NCBI RefSeq assembly: GCF_964355755.1
Contig: NC_092676.1
Coordinates: 1,059,788 to 1,123,787, forward strand
DNA: 64,000 nt
Direction: 5' to 3'
Origin: Antedon mediterranea
Taxonomy: Eukaryota > Animalia > Echinodermata
Part shown: positions 11,856-26,800 of the stretch, in pieces
How positions within the stretch are numbered: the first letter of the stretch is position 1
Layout of the letters: each line of letters opens with the position of its first letter
Notes under the pieces: generated by a model
What the model saw: only the letters and a program-made list of their open reading frames with translations
Database searches by the model: none
What the model was told of the DNA's origin: nothing
Position numbers and translations under genes: made by a program

Positions 11856-14800
11856 CTGCAAAAGATAAAGAGATGTTATTAATATTAATACTCGTTCTTA
11901 TATAGCTCTTAATGCACAAAGTGGGTGGAGAGAGGCAATCGCAAGTACAATATAGTGTCTTGCCTAAGGATACAAGCAATGCAACAAGCGTTGGATTCAA
12001 ACTCGCTTCATTACTCTATTAATCATTAAAAATTATTTATAAAGAATTCCACAGAAATGAATACAACATTGAGCAAGCATAGAACATACATCAGCAATGC
12101 TGTAATACAGATAGCTAATAGGTGTAATTTGTTGATACAAAGTTTGCGCTACACCATGTATGTTAAGCTCTGAAAAGAACTGTTGAGTTTCTCGACGTTT
12201 CAATTAATATACTTTGATTGTCCTCAGGAGTGAGAAGGCATAAGTTGCCAACAAACAGCATTATTGCCACAAATGATTTGTCATTTCATATAAAAATTTT
12301 AGACAAATGCTACCTACATGGCCGTTGGTGATGTCAATAATATCTGGCATACGACACCCTTGAGCAGAAGCTCTGGCGTAGCAGATGCTGTCTTCCAGAA
12401 TGATGTAATCTGTACCAATGCTGTGATGAATGTCAAACACTTCTTTAGGAGTTCTTCTTCCATAATACTGATACAGCTGCAATTTAACATGTACACATAA
12501 GTCTTTAAAAATATCTAGTTAATACTGTAATTAAAAATTTGAGGCTTCAGAAAATATTGTAGATAAAAAAAGACAGTGCAAACAGAGTGCCTGGAACCTA
12601 CATTCAACTCTCTCAATACCGGACACCAACTATGTCTGGTTTTCCAGAAAGTCTGGTATTCGGAATATGTTTTTAATGATAAAAATGAATTTGGGACTGT
12701 TTGGAAGTGTGGTATTGGGAGAGTTTCTGGTTTTCAGAGAGTACGGTATTAGGAGAGTTGACTGTAAAACCTAATAAGCACAAGTGATGCTTGACTTAAT
12801 CGAATCTTCAATCTTTTGCATTATATTTTTCTAAATTTAATGGGTGTGAAGGAAGCCTGTGACAGCTGCAGGCAGAATGGAACACTGACAAGTTAATCTT
12901 TAGTCTACATTACTTCATTTTTCATTATCTTAATTACATTTGTACTTACTTGTCTTGTCTTCTCTCTCAAAGCCTTATCCTCATAATGTGGATGATTTGT
13001 CAGCTTTCTACCCGTACACAGCTTGACCCCTGCTAGCAGCTGCATACTGCCACTGAATACTGCGGTAACAGGTGTCTCCTTCCTAAAAAGAGATATTATT
13101 TATATTTGATCAAAGATACTTTGTTTCAACATACAAACCATTAACACATTGCATCAGTGAATGAAAACCTCTTCAGTTTGAAATAGACAGCTTATGACAC
13201 AGTCAATTTAAATAATAAACCAAAACAATTCTGTGGTCAATTATCTTTGGTTATCATAATGCCAGCCTGTTTCTATAGAATAGAAGAAGGTCAAGTTCTC
13301 AAAAGGCTTAACTGGTGCTAACCACAGTTCTTTAATTCAAACCCTGGTCAATGCAAGGCATATCCCCATACTTCAGTTTGGGTGCTGGCATAATTTTTAC
13401 TCCTTTTCCCCCTTTTAACTTCAGTGCTTTATACCAAATCACAAGCGATTTTAATGGTAAACTTTGTTATTACTTAAATAATGACACATCAGTTAGGTCG
13501 GTTAAATCTTTTTTGAATAAATGAATACTTACTTGATCCAATTCATTAATTCAACTGTGTCTGGATCATAGAATTCTCTTAGTAAAGATAACTGGTGTTG
13601 TACTTCTGGTAAACACTGTTGAAAAAAAAAACACAACAAATTTTATATTTATTGTCTTACATTAAGTACATATTTATTGAACAAGAATATCTAAACATAT
13701 TGTTTTCTATGTTTAACATCTTTAGCACATAAAAAGGTAATTAAATACCTTCATTTCATGTTCACTCTAAAACTTGTTATTGTTTAATAGTAGGGCGGCC
13801 AATGTGAGCTTTTTCATCATGGGGGGCATTTTCTGTTAATAGCAGGCAACCATGTGGAATATATCCCTTATGGGATGACAAAAAAGATAGGGGTGGATGC
13901 CGCTCTCAAATTTCAGGTCATAGGTCATTTTCAAGGTTATAAGGTCAAATATGGTAAAATAGAGGTTTAAGCTGTTTTCAACAACATATAAGCTAATTAA
14001 AAGAAATGTAACCATTATTGGATCATTATTGACATATTGCTGCAGATGGTGAAGTTCATCAATTTTTCAACTTACAAGTTTAAAGGTCATTTTCAAGGTC
14101 ATAAGGTCAAATAGAGCACAGACCTGTTAATTATCGGTATTAATAATTGAAATAAATATAATTTTCATGATAGCCTTGGGCTGATGGTTATAGTGTGGTG
14201 TCAAAAGAGACCAGAATTGTACTGGGAAGATTTTAAACTTTTTGAGTCACTCCTGGAAGGTGTTCAAGGAATGGAGAGGATGAGTCCTGGAGTATCAAAA
14301 TAACCGAAATTGGAGGCCTACTGGAATGTCTTAAATTTCAATTAAAAACGGTCACACAGGATTTGTGGGTTGGGAGTAATGGGTGGCATGGGCACATGCC
14401 AATATTCGAAATTTTTCTGGGATGGAAGGAGGTAACGCTCTGAGGTGGGCATTTCTTCAAGCACTGATATATAATGCCTACTGGCCATCTGGGCATGGAG
14501 TAATGATGATGATCTGGGTAACGGCAACGATTGAATCACAACCACATATGCATGCTTTCTGTAACAACTTCATCTGGCTCTTTAGTTTACATACACATGT
14601 AACAAGTTCCAAACTGACAACTGGGTTAGGGGCTTCCAAACGACCCGATTCATTTAGGCCACATACTGATCTCTGCCTGATAGTTGGCTCGTATGTTTAG
14701 GTTCTATGATATCTGTATTCACCATAGGTGAGTTTTTTTAATTTTAAGTGTTTCCCGAAGTAGAAATACAGGTACTTAAATATTTATTGAGTGAAGTGAA

Positions 14801-17800
14801 ATACTTAATATTTAAGGGAAATATATATATCACTAGTGTTAATGGTATATGGTCACTGAGTCTAGATGGAGGTAGCACCAAAGAGTAGTCTGTTATTATA
14901 CAGTTGTCTGCTCAATAGTACCATATATTTGGCAATACTAAACTTTTGTGTACACTGTACGTGGAAAGTCTTAATCTTAATCAATTCCATTTACAAGGAG
15001 TGGATGCGTTACAAATGATTTCCAGTATGACCTCTTCCCATAACCAGCAAATAATGACGTGCTGCAACCTGTAATGGCATGGAAGCTGGTTAGATTATTC
15101 TTAATAGGTTTTCAACCACTTTATTGTTCACTATACCAGACATCGTCCATACTTTTGAAGGCTACTGTTACAAAGTGCATATCATTATTAACATCAACTT
15201 TCATGTATAATTGCAAGCTCTTTGTTGTTGACATAAAGAATATCTAAAAACTGTGTGATATTTGTTCTCCTCCAAACCGATGAGTGTGGCCCAAAACACA
15301 TACGGAAGTACAGATTAGTACATTGGGACTATTCTTTCAATCGTGTCACTGCTTTTATCCACCCTTTCCAATGTAATGATCAAATACAACAAAATGACGA
15401 AATATCTAGGTAACTTTCATAAATACTTGCATAGTCACCAAATGTTTACAGCCATGTTTACTGCATCCTATAGTGCATGGCCATCATGTTTTTACTGTAA
15501 GTTTTCTTCTGGAAGATCTGTGGGTATTTCAACGCCATCCATCAAGATATGTGAAGTCATATTTGGTTAAAGATATTAAAATTGGGCTATGATCATACTC
15601 CAATGGTTGATCAGCAGATTTTCTGTCAGTTTTTATATACTTTATCGAAACAGTTGCCTTATAGAAATCCGCAAAGGTTTAGAGCGACGCTTTCTCAGTG
15701 GCTCATGAAGTTCTAAGTTCTACTGTTTTTTTTTTCTTTCAATAAGTTGTTACTTTAAATATAAGATCTTCCTTATCATCTGTCAGTTCGAAAGAATATT
15801 GTGTATTATGTGTGATTCGTGATCAGTCTGACCATGTCATGCAGAACCTATCAATGAATTACAGCGTTTCTTGTTATACCAATGATTCTATTTTGAATTG
15901 ATCAATCATCCACTCAGTGTTTAGAATATTGGTTCTGATAGTTTAGATAGGTAAAATTGTTTACCCTTTTAACCTCATTTCTACAACGAATCCAATCGGT
16001 TTTTAAATGACGACTTTGGTTGGCAAACTATTAAAATATATTATAATTACTAATTGTGAAAAAATGGATCTCCTATCAGTCCTTTGTGAAATTTAGGTTT
16101 AAAAAGTCTAAGCTGATGTCCTCGTGTATTTCTGCTTAGATTGCATCTTATTTGAAGTCTTCCTTGGCTACATCCTCGAAATCTTTTGAAAATTTTCAAT
16201 CAAGTCACCATGAATTCGTCTGTCATACAGGGTTGTTAGGCCAAGAAACTTTAAACGATCTTCATATGAATAAGAATGGATAGCTGGAATTTGATTTGTC
16301 GCATGACGTTGTCCTCTTCAAGTGCGTTTACTTTTTGGGAGAAATGGATTTCATACGGTACCTGGACACAGTACGTAACGTAATGTTTGTAAATAACGTT
16401 AAAACCATCTTTATCCATGTGTATAAAGGACTTCTTAATTACTTAAGGAGTTTTATATTTGTTATCACCGTCAGCCATGATAGCATAGATGCGAAGGCCT
16501 CAAGAAGAAGTCCCCAATTACCACTCCTTCCAACCTTGATAAAGTCCAACAGTTAGAGTTTTTGAAAACAAAGACTCGATACCCAGGTTTTTCTTTCGAG
16601 ATTTCTTGAAACAACAAACTTCAATAAAAACTTGTATCATTGAAATAATGAAAAAAATGTTTAAATAATTACATTTGTCTCTGACCCAAACAAAACCATC
16701 TCGACATTAGGTCATATAGGGGGTCTCTGTTTTCTAAATTTTTCTAAAAACAAATTTCTAAATATTATTACATTATTATAGGTAATATTAATAATTTTTC
16801 TAAAAACAAATTTCTAAATATTACTGTATTACATTATTATAGGTAATATTAATATTATAGTAAAAGACCAATCTTTTGGCACATATGGCGTTTCATACAT
16901 ATAACACTTGACCTATTTTTTCCGACAAAAATCAAAACGATGACTGGTGGACAACATGAAAAAGACAAATTTACAACAGACTGGGAAAAGCCTATTAAAA
17001 AACTGTGTGTACTTTACAGAAATATGTGAAAACAACATTTTGAGAAAATGACACTTTTATATTTAATTTCCTATGTTTTTATGTGTAAAATTAAATGTTT
17101 ATCTCATAATTACTATAATATGAAGTATCAGTTGATCTTCAGATATACCTTTTTGGATAGATCTGATGATGTAGATGATTTTCCGTGAATAAAAAAAAAT
17201 CCTATATTTTGACCTTGTTTGACCTCTTGACCACATAAACTGACCTTAAAACCCAAAACTGAAGATGGCATCCACCCCTATCGTTTTTGTCACCCCACAA
17301 AGGACACATTCAACATGGTTGCCTGCTATTAACAAAAAATGCCTCCTAAACTTTTTATAGAGGACTTTTGTGTATTTGGCCTCTCTACTATAACACTTAC
17401 CATGTATGTCAGCACCACAATGACACACAGTGTAGCAACGTGCTGAATAAACTTAACCTAAAGAAGAAAAAAATGTAATTTATCAATTTATATACTGGAA
17501 ATAAAAAGAGTTTAAACTATCTAAATAATCATTAATCTGTTGTTGAGGACCCAAATGGAAATAAGCTTTATATTTATTTATAACTTTCTTTGGTTCAATT
17601 AGTTTGTTTTGTAGTGTTCCATTTTTGTGTGTCATTCTATTCAAATCAAAGTGTATCCATTTTTAGGCTGTGGCCTTTAATTCCTTCATCTTTTTATTGA
17701 TTGATTGAAATATATATTTATACTGGGTAACCTCTTCAGTCAAAGACTGGTCTCCCAGAGGGCCCAGTTGGTGATTAGTGGCTGTGATGTACTAATACAC

Positions 17801-20800
17801 CGGGGTAACCCCCTACTCATCTCAAAGGATGTACTAGGTTCTTTAAAGTGCACACGAGCTAGATGTGTACACTGGACCTACGATTTATAGTCCTTATCCG
17901 AGAAGACTCTACCACCAGAACCATTGAGTAAGTGAGCCTCGAACCCCTGCCGATGTTATGGCTACGTAATTATGGTTCCACTGTCTTAACCACTCGGCCA
18001 CTCACTCATGGAATACCATGATTACATAAAATATCCATAGCAAAAAAAAGCTTAATCTAAGAAATCATTGTGTACAGAAAACAAACTGAAAAAGACAAAC
18101 TATTATAAACTTATAAAATTTAAAATAAATCTTTAATTCAAATGCAGCCCACTGATAAAATCAAATTATAGAATGATTAATTCACTTACATATTGTTCTG
18201 AAGTAATCCCAAACATTTTGAAAATAAACCTCCAAACATGCGGACTACCAACACCAAATGCAGCCAATACACACATTTGAGGTGTCCATAGATACTTCAT
18301 ACGGAGGACAGTCAGGGCCATGACACCAAAGAACACTGACTGGATGGCATGGTACGCAAGTTCTGGATGATCTTGCAGAAGATGACCATTGTAATCATCA
18401 TCTGTCTTCTCTTTTAAACTGTAAGATGATTGTAAGAATTGTTATCAAAATATATATACCACAAAATAATAGTTTATTATTTTATTTAATCCTTTATTTT
18501 ATACCCAATTCACAGGTTGTACAGAAAATGCAATCAAATCTAACAAATTAAAATGGATATATCTTTGAAAAATCTGTGTTACAACTCTTTCACACGCTAG
18601 TTTATCATGGTGTGATGGCTGTAACGTAAACAAAACTTACTATATCCCATTCACACGTAAAATAACCTTACAAATTGTTACAAGATGTTTGTATGTGTGA
18701 ATCAGATGTTCTCTCACAGGGCCCATGACAATTACAAGCAGAGAACAAACGTTTTAACAATACAGATGCTTTATTTAGTGGAAAAGTGGTATTTACCAGA
18801 ATTTTAACCCACAATCCTGGAAAAACACAAGTGCAATGTTTTAATTTTATCTAATAATTAGGCCTACTGTTCTTCCAGCAAGCCCTTGTAAATTACAATG
18901 AGTACGAACTTTCTAAACAATACACAGTAGTGTTGTTTAGTTTGGGGCAATCTTCACTGTAACACTGTAACTGGATCAGGATTTGAACTCACAACCTTGG
19001 AATTAAAGGTTAACCACCCAGCAACAATGCCACTGATTCTACAACCTTACCTCCATTTTTGGATGACTGATATTAGCACGCATATTAACAGTGTTACTAT
19101 GGTAACAAGGTAAATAGGGAAGAGAAGACGACTTGAAGTCCTCTGAAAGAAGTCATAGGTTAAAAACTGGAAGGCACCGTTACATTTGTACACCAAGGCA
19201 TCAAAATCTCTAAAATATAAATTTCAAAATCAATCTTTATTTCAAGTAATTATGTACTATATCTTATTAATTATTTAAGAACAACAATTTCATTTTAATT
19301 CCAAATAATAATGAAATACATTTTCATCCGGAGGTAAACAAAACTTTAAAAATGATAATTATTAGACAAAAATGTTATTTTAGTGTTTTGTGCTACATAT
19401 ATGATTAGTGCATCTTTGAACATATATTTTATGGAATTTGCACAATACAGATGAAATAAATATATTATTATCAGAATGAAAGAGACAAATAAATAATATA
19501 GTGAACAATACCTTGCACTTGAAAGTTGAAATTTTGCCAATAGAAATTTGAAAATATGTTGATCATCATCTAAATTGATTAAGTACTATAAAGAAAAATA
19601 AAACATATGATGTAATGAATTAACAAACATTGCTTGAGTGTATCTCTTCAGAAATGAAGTGTTAAAACAAATACAACATTGAAAAACAGAAGAAGATAAT
19701 AAGATTTATAAAGTGCACATATCCACAAAGTGCACAAGGCGCTTAAAAAAACAAGCCTTGATTACTAGGAATGCCAAGAAAAGTTAAACTAAAACTAAAA
19801 GAGTTTTTAAATGCAATTAAAAACTTGTGAAGCAGTATTTATATATAAAAAACTATTGTAGTATTTACAGTAAACAGAAAAAAAAATAAGATTACCTTTA
19901 CAATGACATTAAAACAGAACGTCAACAACATCACTAGAACACCGTAACCAAGAACCTTCATAATATTTACACCAATATTAGTAGAGGTATGACTGCGTTT
20001 CTAGGAAGATAAAAATATATTATGCATCTTTTGAGATGATCTTTTTTTTCAATAACAAAAATTCACATGAATATATCTTTTTAGTAGTAGTAGGAGTTTA
20101 TATTTGAATTCTATTCAATGAAAGTTTTTATATGGTGCCCTACAAAGAACAGAGCGCCTAACAATACTAGTAATTTAAAAGTTTTAAGTTGACATTTAAA
20201 TAGAGGTGCCGAATTCGCTCCTCTCAAATCGACAGGAAGCGCGTTCCAGATCCACGGAGAGGTGACTGAAAAAGGATTGTCACCAGCTTTCCGATAAGAT
20301 CGTGGAACGAAAAGTCGGGTGAATAATACGTTAAATTGTATAATAGGATTTAGGATAGGACTTACTTGTAAATGTAGAACAATAAAAGCAGCTGGAATGA
20401 AACTGAGCACTAAGGCTCCAAGAAGCATCTCATTACAAAATTGTAGAATGCACACAAGAATAATGGAGACACCTTGAATACCTAGTATGTACCGGATCTG
20501 ACAAAAAACAAAATAATTATTTAAATAAAGAGACATGCATTTTGAACTTCTTTCTCCCTCACTTCTATAATTCTCCTTAAAATCCTTTCTTGCACTTAGT
20601 CTCTTGCGTTATAAACTATGAATACACAAATTCAATTAAAAACAAACAAGTTGTATTCAATTAGTTCTAGAATATTAACAAATTGAAATACAGTACACAT
20701 TGATACTAGGACCACCCTTTGATCAGAAATAGTTCGATTTGAAACGGTTGAAAAACGGGTGAAAACGCCATTGTCTCAAACCTTTTGGATCACAATCACT

Positions 20801-23800
20801 CTCTTGAAAATAACAAATATAAATTAAATTTCATAATTATAAGATAGTTTACCTTAGACAACGGGGCTAAACCCAGCGTGACAGTGCCATACAAAGCCAT
20901 AGCTTGCAAGAGGAACACAAACTGAGCAAACTGCCAACTTAGCACAAATAGGAATGAACACAAAGAGATGCCAAGTAATGTAACAATCTAAAAATAAAAC
21001 AAGCATTCATTGTTTAATTATTACATTTGGAAAATAGTTCACAAACTAAATCACAACATTAATTTTTAAGCTAATAACTTTATTGAAAAACAAGAAAAAC
21101 ATAGTTTACAGGATTGTCCAAAATACCAACAGTCACCGTTTTATAATTATTAATGACATCATCAACAATATTATTATTATTATTATTTATACTTTTTATT
21201 TTGATTTAAATTTGCAACTGTTCATTCAAACATAGATTATTATACTTAACATTACAAGAATGAATAAGTACATATTACATCTGTTGATATTGTCACGCTG
21301 TGTATTGTGTTTGTTTCATTTTAATGTGTCAAACACAATTTGCTTCAGGAACACTACGTGTGAAAATGGCGTTCAAAAAGCAAACTAACTGTTGATTACC
21401 CTGGAAATGTCATTAAGCATTTGATATGTAATCAAGCATAAAATCATACACTTGCAATACCGTACCTGGGAGTTCCTGGAAATGGTCGGTCGAAGGTAGT
21501 ATGTTATCAATGTGATTTGAAGGAATATGAACGGTAACGCAAAACTCTCCCTCAATGGAATAGTGTACTCCACTCTGGTGGTGTCATCTCTGAAAGAAAA
21601 AATTATTTAATCTTTATTTTATTATACAACAGATTACTCTAGCAGTGGTGAACGGTGAGGTCAACTTATTTTGACTTGTTATTTTGATATAGAACATTTT
21701 GCTAGGTTGAAAATACAAAATTTAAGTGATGGCAAAATTGCTTTTAATATTTATACTGTAAACTGCAAAATTAATTAAGTTAATAATTTATTCATGATTG
21801 AAGAAGCAAAGGACAGTAGTGCTAAATTATTAAAGAACTTACTTATTAAAAATATAAAAAGCAGAAGCAAGAACAGCAGTGAACCATGACCCAGACAGTA
21901 GCCAAGCCATTACATATAAAGATATGATATAGACACCGTGCAGTGCAAATACTGAGTTAATGTACAAGTACACAGGTTCAATGACACTCTGTAATAAAGA
22001 CATTTTGATTCTCGTTTAGAATGTTTATTTAAATGTGATACATAGCATCCAATTTACAATTTGTATTTAATAGTTATTTTATTTACAAATATCCTACTGT
22101 ATTAAATAAACTTATTGCTATTTTGACAGTAGAAATACAGCCCAACTGACAGTAATATATGTATAGTGGTGTTGTTGATTGATTATCATTAACAGTAATA
22201 TTTGCATTAATAAACCTACTGTATTTGTTGTAGCAATACTGCATGTATAGAGTTTATCAGTGTAATAATGGGAAATAAACATATAGCATGAATGAAAACA
22301 ACAAGGTCAGATTTATTAAAACTTGCTTTAAAAACAGAAAAAAAATATTTTGCGTATGTCTTATTTTTAGTCACGTGCAACGCGACTCTACAGCTCACTA
22401 TGTCAGTTGGTTGGTCGGTCACTAACTCACACTAAATTTGACCAGCGACTGCAGCCATGTATTTGGCTTTGTTTTTTTTTTCTACTTCAAAAGTGCGACC
22501 TACAGAAAAGTTGATTCTGTTTTTGTATGGAAATGGTACAAAATGTTAAATATATTCAAAAGTGCTACTTTTGTACATTTTTATTGAATAATAAAGTAAA
22601 TAAACATATTGAAAATAATTCAAACCATACCTGAAGACAAAGTGATATTACTTTATATAGTGTAGCAAGGTAAACTTCTTGGTAAACATTGAACCTCTTT
22701 AAGATGTTTATGGTACGCCAACTCTCGGTGTTATTATCATTTATTAAATCATGAAGACCTGTGACCAACAACAAAGCAAGATTTTTAATATTTATTGGCA
22801 TTTCATACTACTAAGATATAAGATATATGTCGCTGCACGTGTGGTCGACGCTGCTCGCAATTTTTGTGTATTTTTGTATATTTCTAAACGTTTATGATGT
22901 CTATGATAGTTTTTTTATATTAGTAATATTGTCCTAGTGACTGTGAATATTATTTCAAGATAAGTTGGTGATATTTTAGTGGTTTTTATTGATGAATGAC
23001 TGCATTATACTATGGATCTGGCCCAGGCTCTAGGATATGCTATTCATCGAACGAATTGCATTCCATTGGACAAAAGGTGCGCGGACAACCGCTGTCTAGA
23101 CCCACCATGGACATACCAAAGGAAGCGAGACGGAGAAAACGGGGTAAGGCAGGAGGCATTAGGAAACGTTTACGTGCTCGCAAAGCAAGACCATACATTC
23201 CTACAATTATTATGGGAAATGTTCAGTCGATATCAAATAAAATGGACGAACTTAGAGCGAACACGAAATACTTTCGTGAATTCCGTGATGCCAGTATAAT
23301 GTCATTCACTGAAACATGGTTGCAGGATAGGCATGATGATTCTCATATCGAAATAAATGGTTTTAAATTACTTAGGGGAGACAGAACATGTGAATCAGGA
23401 AAGAAAAGGGGTGGTGGTATCTGTATTTACGTCAACGAAAGATATTGTCATCAAAATAACGCAGTCGTGAAGAAGCACAGATGCTCACCAAATTGTGAAA
23501 TTCTTGTTGTAAGCGTACGCGCCTATTATATACCCAGGGAATTTTCACACGTTGTCATTGTTACTGTATATATTCCCAAAACAAATCTGGTTAATAATGC
23601 ATCGACAGAGATTGCAGAAGTACTGTACGACATAGAAGCTACCTCGCCCGATGCATTCGTTGTCATAAACGGAGATTTTAATCGCGGATCATTGAAGAAG
23701 ACAAGCGAGTACTACTACCAACACGTTACATGTCCTACGCGAGAAACAAGTATATTAGACCTTTGCTACACAAACGTGAAAAACGCATATGTTTCAACCC

Positions 23801-26800
23801 AGTGGCCGTGCTTGGGAGATCATTTTTTAATCGTACTAAACCCGAAATACATTCCATTAGTTAAACGAGAGAAGCCAAGGACTATTAAAGTAAAGAAATG
23901 GACAACGGAAGCAACGGAACGCCTACAAGATGCATTTGATGATACGGACTGGGAGATGTTTATTAATAACGCTAATGATCTGAATGAACTTACGGACACA
24001 GTGTCTGAATATATAAACTTTTGTAGTGATATGCTTATCCCAACTAAAAAGGTTAAAGTGTTTGCGAATAATAAACCGTGGATAACCAAAGATGTGAAAA
24101 TTATTATTAACCGGAAACAGAAAGCATTTGCTGAAGGTAATAAAGCGAAATTAAAAGAGGTCCAAAAAGAATTAAAATGTGCAATACGTAAAGAAAAATA
24201 CAAGTTTAAAAATAAAGTTGAAAAGAAGTTCACGGAAAATAACATGAAAGAGGTGTGGCAAGGAATGAGGTTAATGAGTGGACATATAAATAATAAACAA
24301 AAATCTGTATCGCTACCAAAAATTGACAAAGAATATGCAAATGAATTAAATATATTTTTCAATCGTTTTAACAAATATGATTTTTCAAAAGAAATTAAGG
24401 AACGGAAGTGTCAGCTTGAATCAAATATAAATGACATAAAAATTGATACAAATGAGGCTGAAGTATATAAGTATTTTAGAAATTTGAATGCTAAGAAAGC
24501 TCCCGGGCCCGATAAACTTAAACAAAATATTTTAAAATCATGTGCAATGCAGTTATCGTATATTTTCTCAATTATTTTTAATTTGTGTTTCACAACTAGT
24601 TCACTTCCAGAAACATGGAAACAATCATCTATTGTTCCTATTCCAAAAAGCCGTGTTATTAAGTATATGAATGATCTCAGGCCAGTTGCCTTAACATCAG
24701 TTGTATAGTAAAATATGTGAGAAAATTGTTTTAAAATGCTTAAAACCAATAGTCACTACGCATACTGATCCCATGCAATTTGCATACAGAAGTGCTCGAA
24801 GCACAGAAGATGCGATTGTCGTTAAACTTGAAAGGCTGTATCGTCATTTAGATAAAACAAAGGTTGGAAATTCAGCCCGTGTTATGTATTACGACTTCTC
24901 CTCTGCGTTTAACACCATTCAACCCCATTTACTAGTAGATAAGCTGTGTAAGATGGCCATTCCCCTTAATTTGATTCTTTTTATTCTGAATTTTCTAACA
25001 AACAGAAAGCAGTATGTGAAGCTTAGCCCAACAGTATGTTCTGATGTTAGTGTTTCCAATACAGGTGCGCCACAAGGCACTGTATTAGCCCCTTTTTTGT
25101 TTACCTTGTATACAAGTGATTATAGATCTAAATATGATTCTTGCCCAGTTGTACGATTTGCTGACGATACGGCGATGATTGGCTTGATTCAGAAGGACGA
25201 TTGCACTTCATATTTAAATGAGATTAATAATTTTGTAAAATATAGTAATGATAACTTTTTAGAATTGAATGTTGAAAAAACAAAGGAAATGATTACAGAT
25301 TTTAGAAAGAAAACGAATAAATGTGATCTAGTTGATATAATGGGTAGACAAATTCAGAGGGTGGAAACATATAAATATCTGGGGGTTGTATTTAACAATA
25401 AATTGACGTGGAGTAACCACTTGGATCTCGTTATGAAGAAAGTAAATACTAGAATGTACTGTTTAAGACAACTAAACAAGTTCAGTGTAAATAATAATAT
25501 TTTGATTACATTCTATCAGTCTATTATTGTTGGGGTTTGGAAATATTGTATTGCAGGGTGGGGTGGAAATGTTACAGAGGGAGATAAGGGTAGAATTGAT
25601 TGTGTGGTAAGAAGGGTTGAGAGGATGTCTGGTTTGTGTCAGCAGTCGGTGGATTAAGTTTATTGCGAGAACCTGGACAGGCTTTTTGGGATGGTGTTGA
25701 GGGATGAAAGTCATCCTGTGAATTCCGATTTAGGCAGTCTCAGGAGTGCTCGTAGTGGAAGATTGCGATCCGCGGCTGCTGACACAAACCGATATCTTTT
25801 CTCCTTTCTGCCCACAGGTATCAGGAGACATCAGCGACATTCATCCAGATGAGCACCATGAAATAATATGTAATAATATGTTCTTGTTGTGAGTTTTTAA
25901 TATTGGTATTGTTGTATTGTCATGTTATTTTATATATTGTAATTATGATGTATTTGAAGACGAGCAATGTAAATTTTCTCCTTGTGGGAACGAATAAAGA
26001 TTATACTTGATACTTGATACTTGATACTATTTAAGATGTTTATGGTACGCCAACTCTCGGTGTTATTATCATTTATCAAATCATAAGACCTGAGACCAAC
26101 AACAAAGCAAGATCTTCATATTGGGTGTATCACTACCATATTTGGGCACATCACACTTTTTTTTTCGAAATAGTTTGATAGTGTCACAGAGGTTATTACT
26201 AAATGCAGCCGGACAAAGTAGGTCACACCGTTAATTTGGTGATAAATTATGAAAGGTTTGGTTATCTTAATACAATAGTCTTTATGACAATTACTGTATG
26301 TAGGTATAAAGTACATTCAAGTATTTAATTAAAACTACATGTAATTAAAAACACAAAGAAGAAACAAATACAAACAAGTTTAACCACTCATTGGCCACTA
26401 CATCTCTGCCAATCTGTGTGACACCAGCTGGCATGAAAGTTTAAAATGATCATTAAATCCACAATAATATGTACTACTGTACCTTGTGATATTGATGGAC
26501 TAAGTATCATCTGTTTGTAGTAGGAATAGTAAAGACCAGCTTCTGTGCGAAATGATATCTCTCGTTCAACTTCCTGTAAGATACAAATAATCAATAAATA
26601 TGTTAGTATTTTTTATCCCTCGAATTAAGTAATTATGGAGTTACTGTATTACACTGTAGTGGATATAACAGTTTATTTTTTGTGGGGCGAAAAACATATT
26701 GCATATTATTTTTACGGTCAATCATATCAATCAATATCAGTCAATGTCAGCCAATATCAATCAATATCAATCAATATAGTTAATATCAATGAATTATAAC

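Noticed and set aside
17930-18008. tRNA gene (similar heads near 600 and 18980)
   Set aside because: A and B boxes are present but there is no complete cloverleaf, and a SINE body follows.
20111-20536. 141-aa ORF as an independent gene
   Set aside because: Chance fusion of DPY19L3 exon 7 with intron sequence and a LINE 3' fragment.
23820-24749. Minus-strand ORFs over the LINE
   Set aside because: Antisense to the APE-RT frame, with no recognisable motifs.
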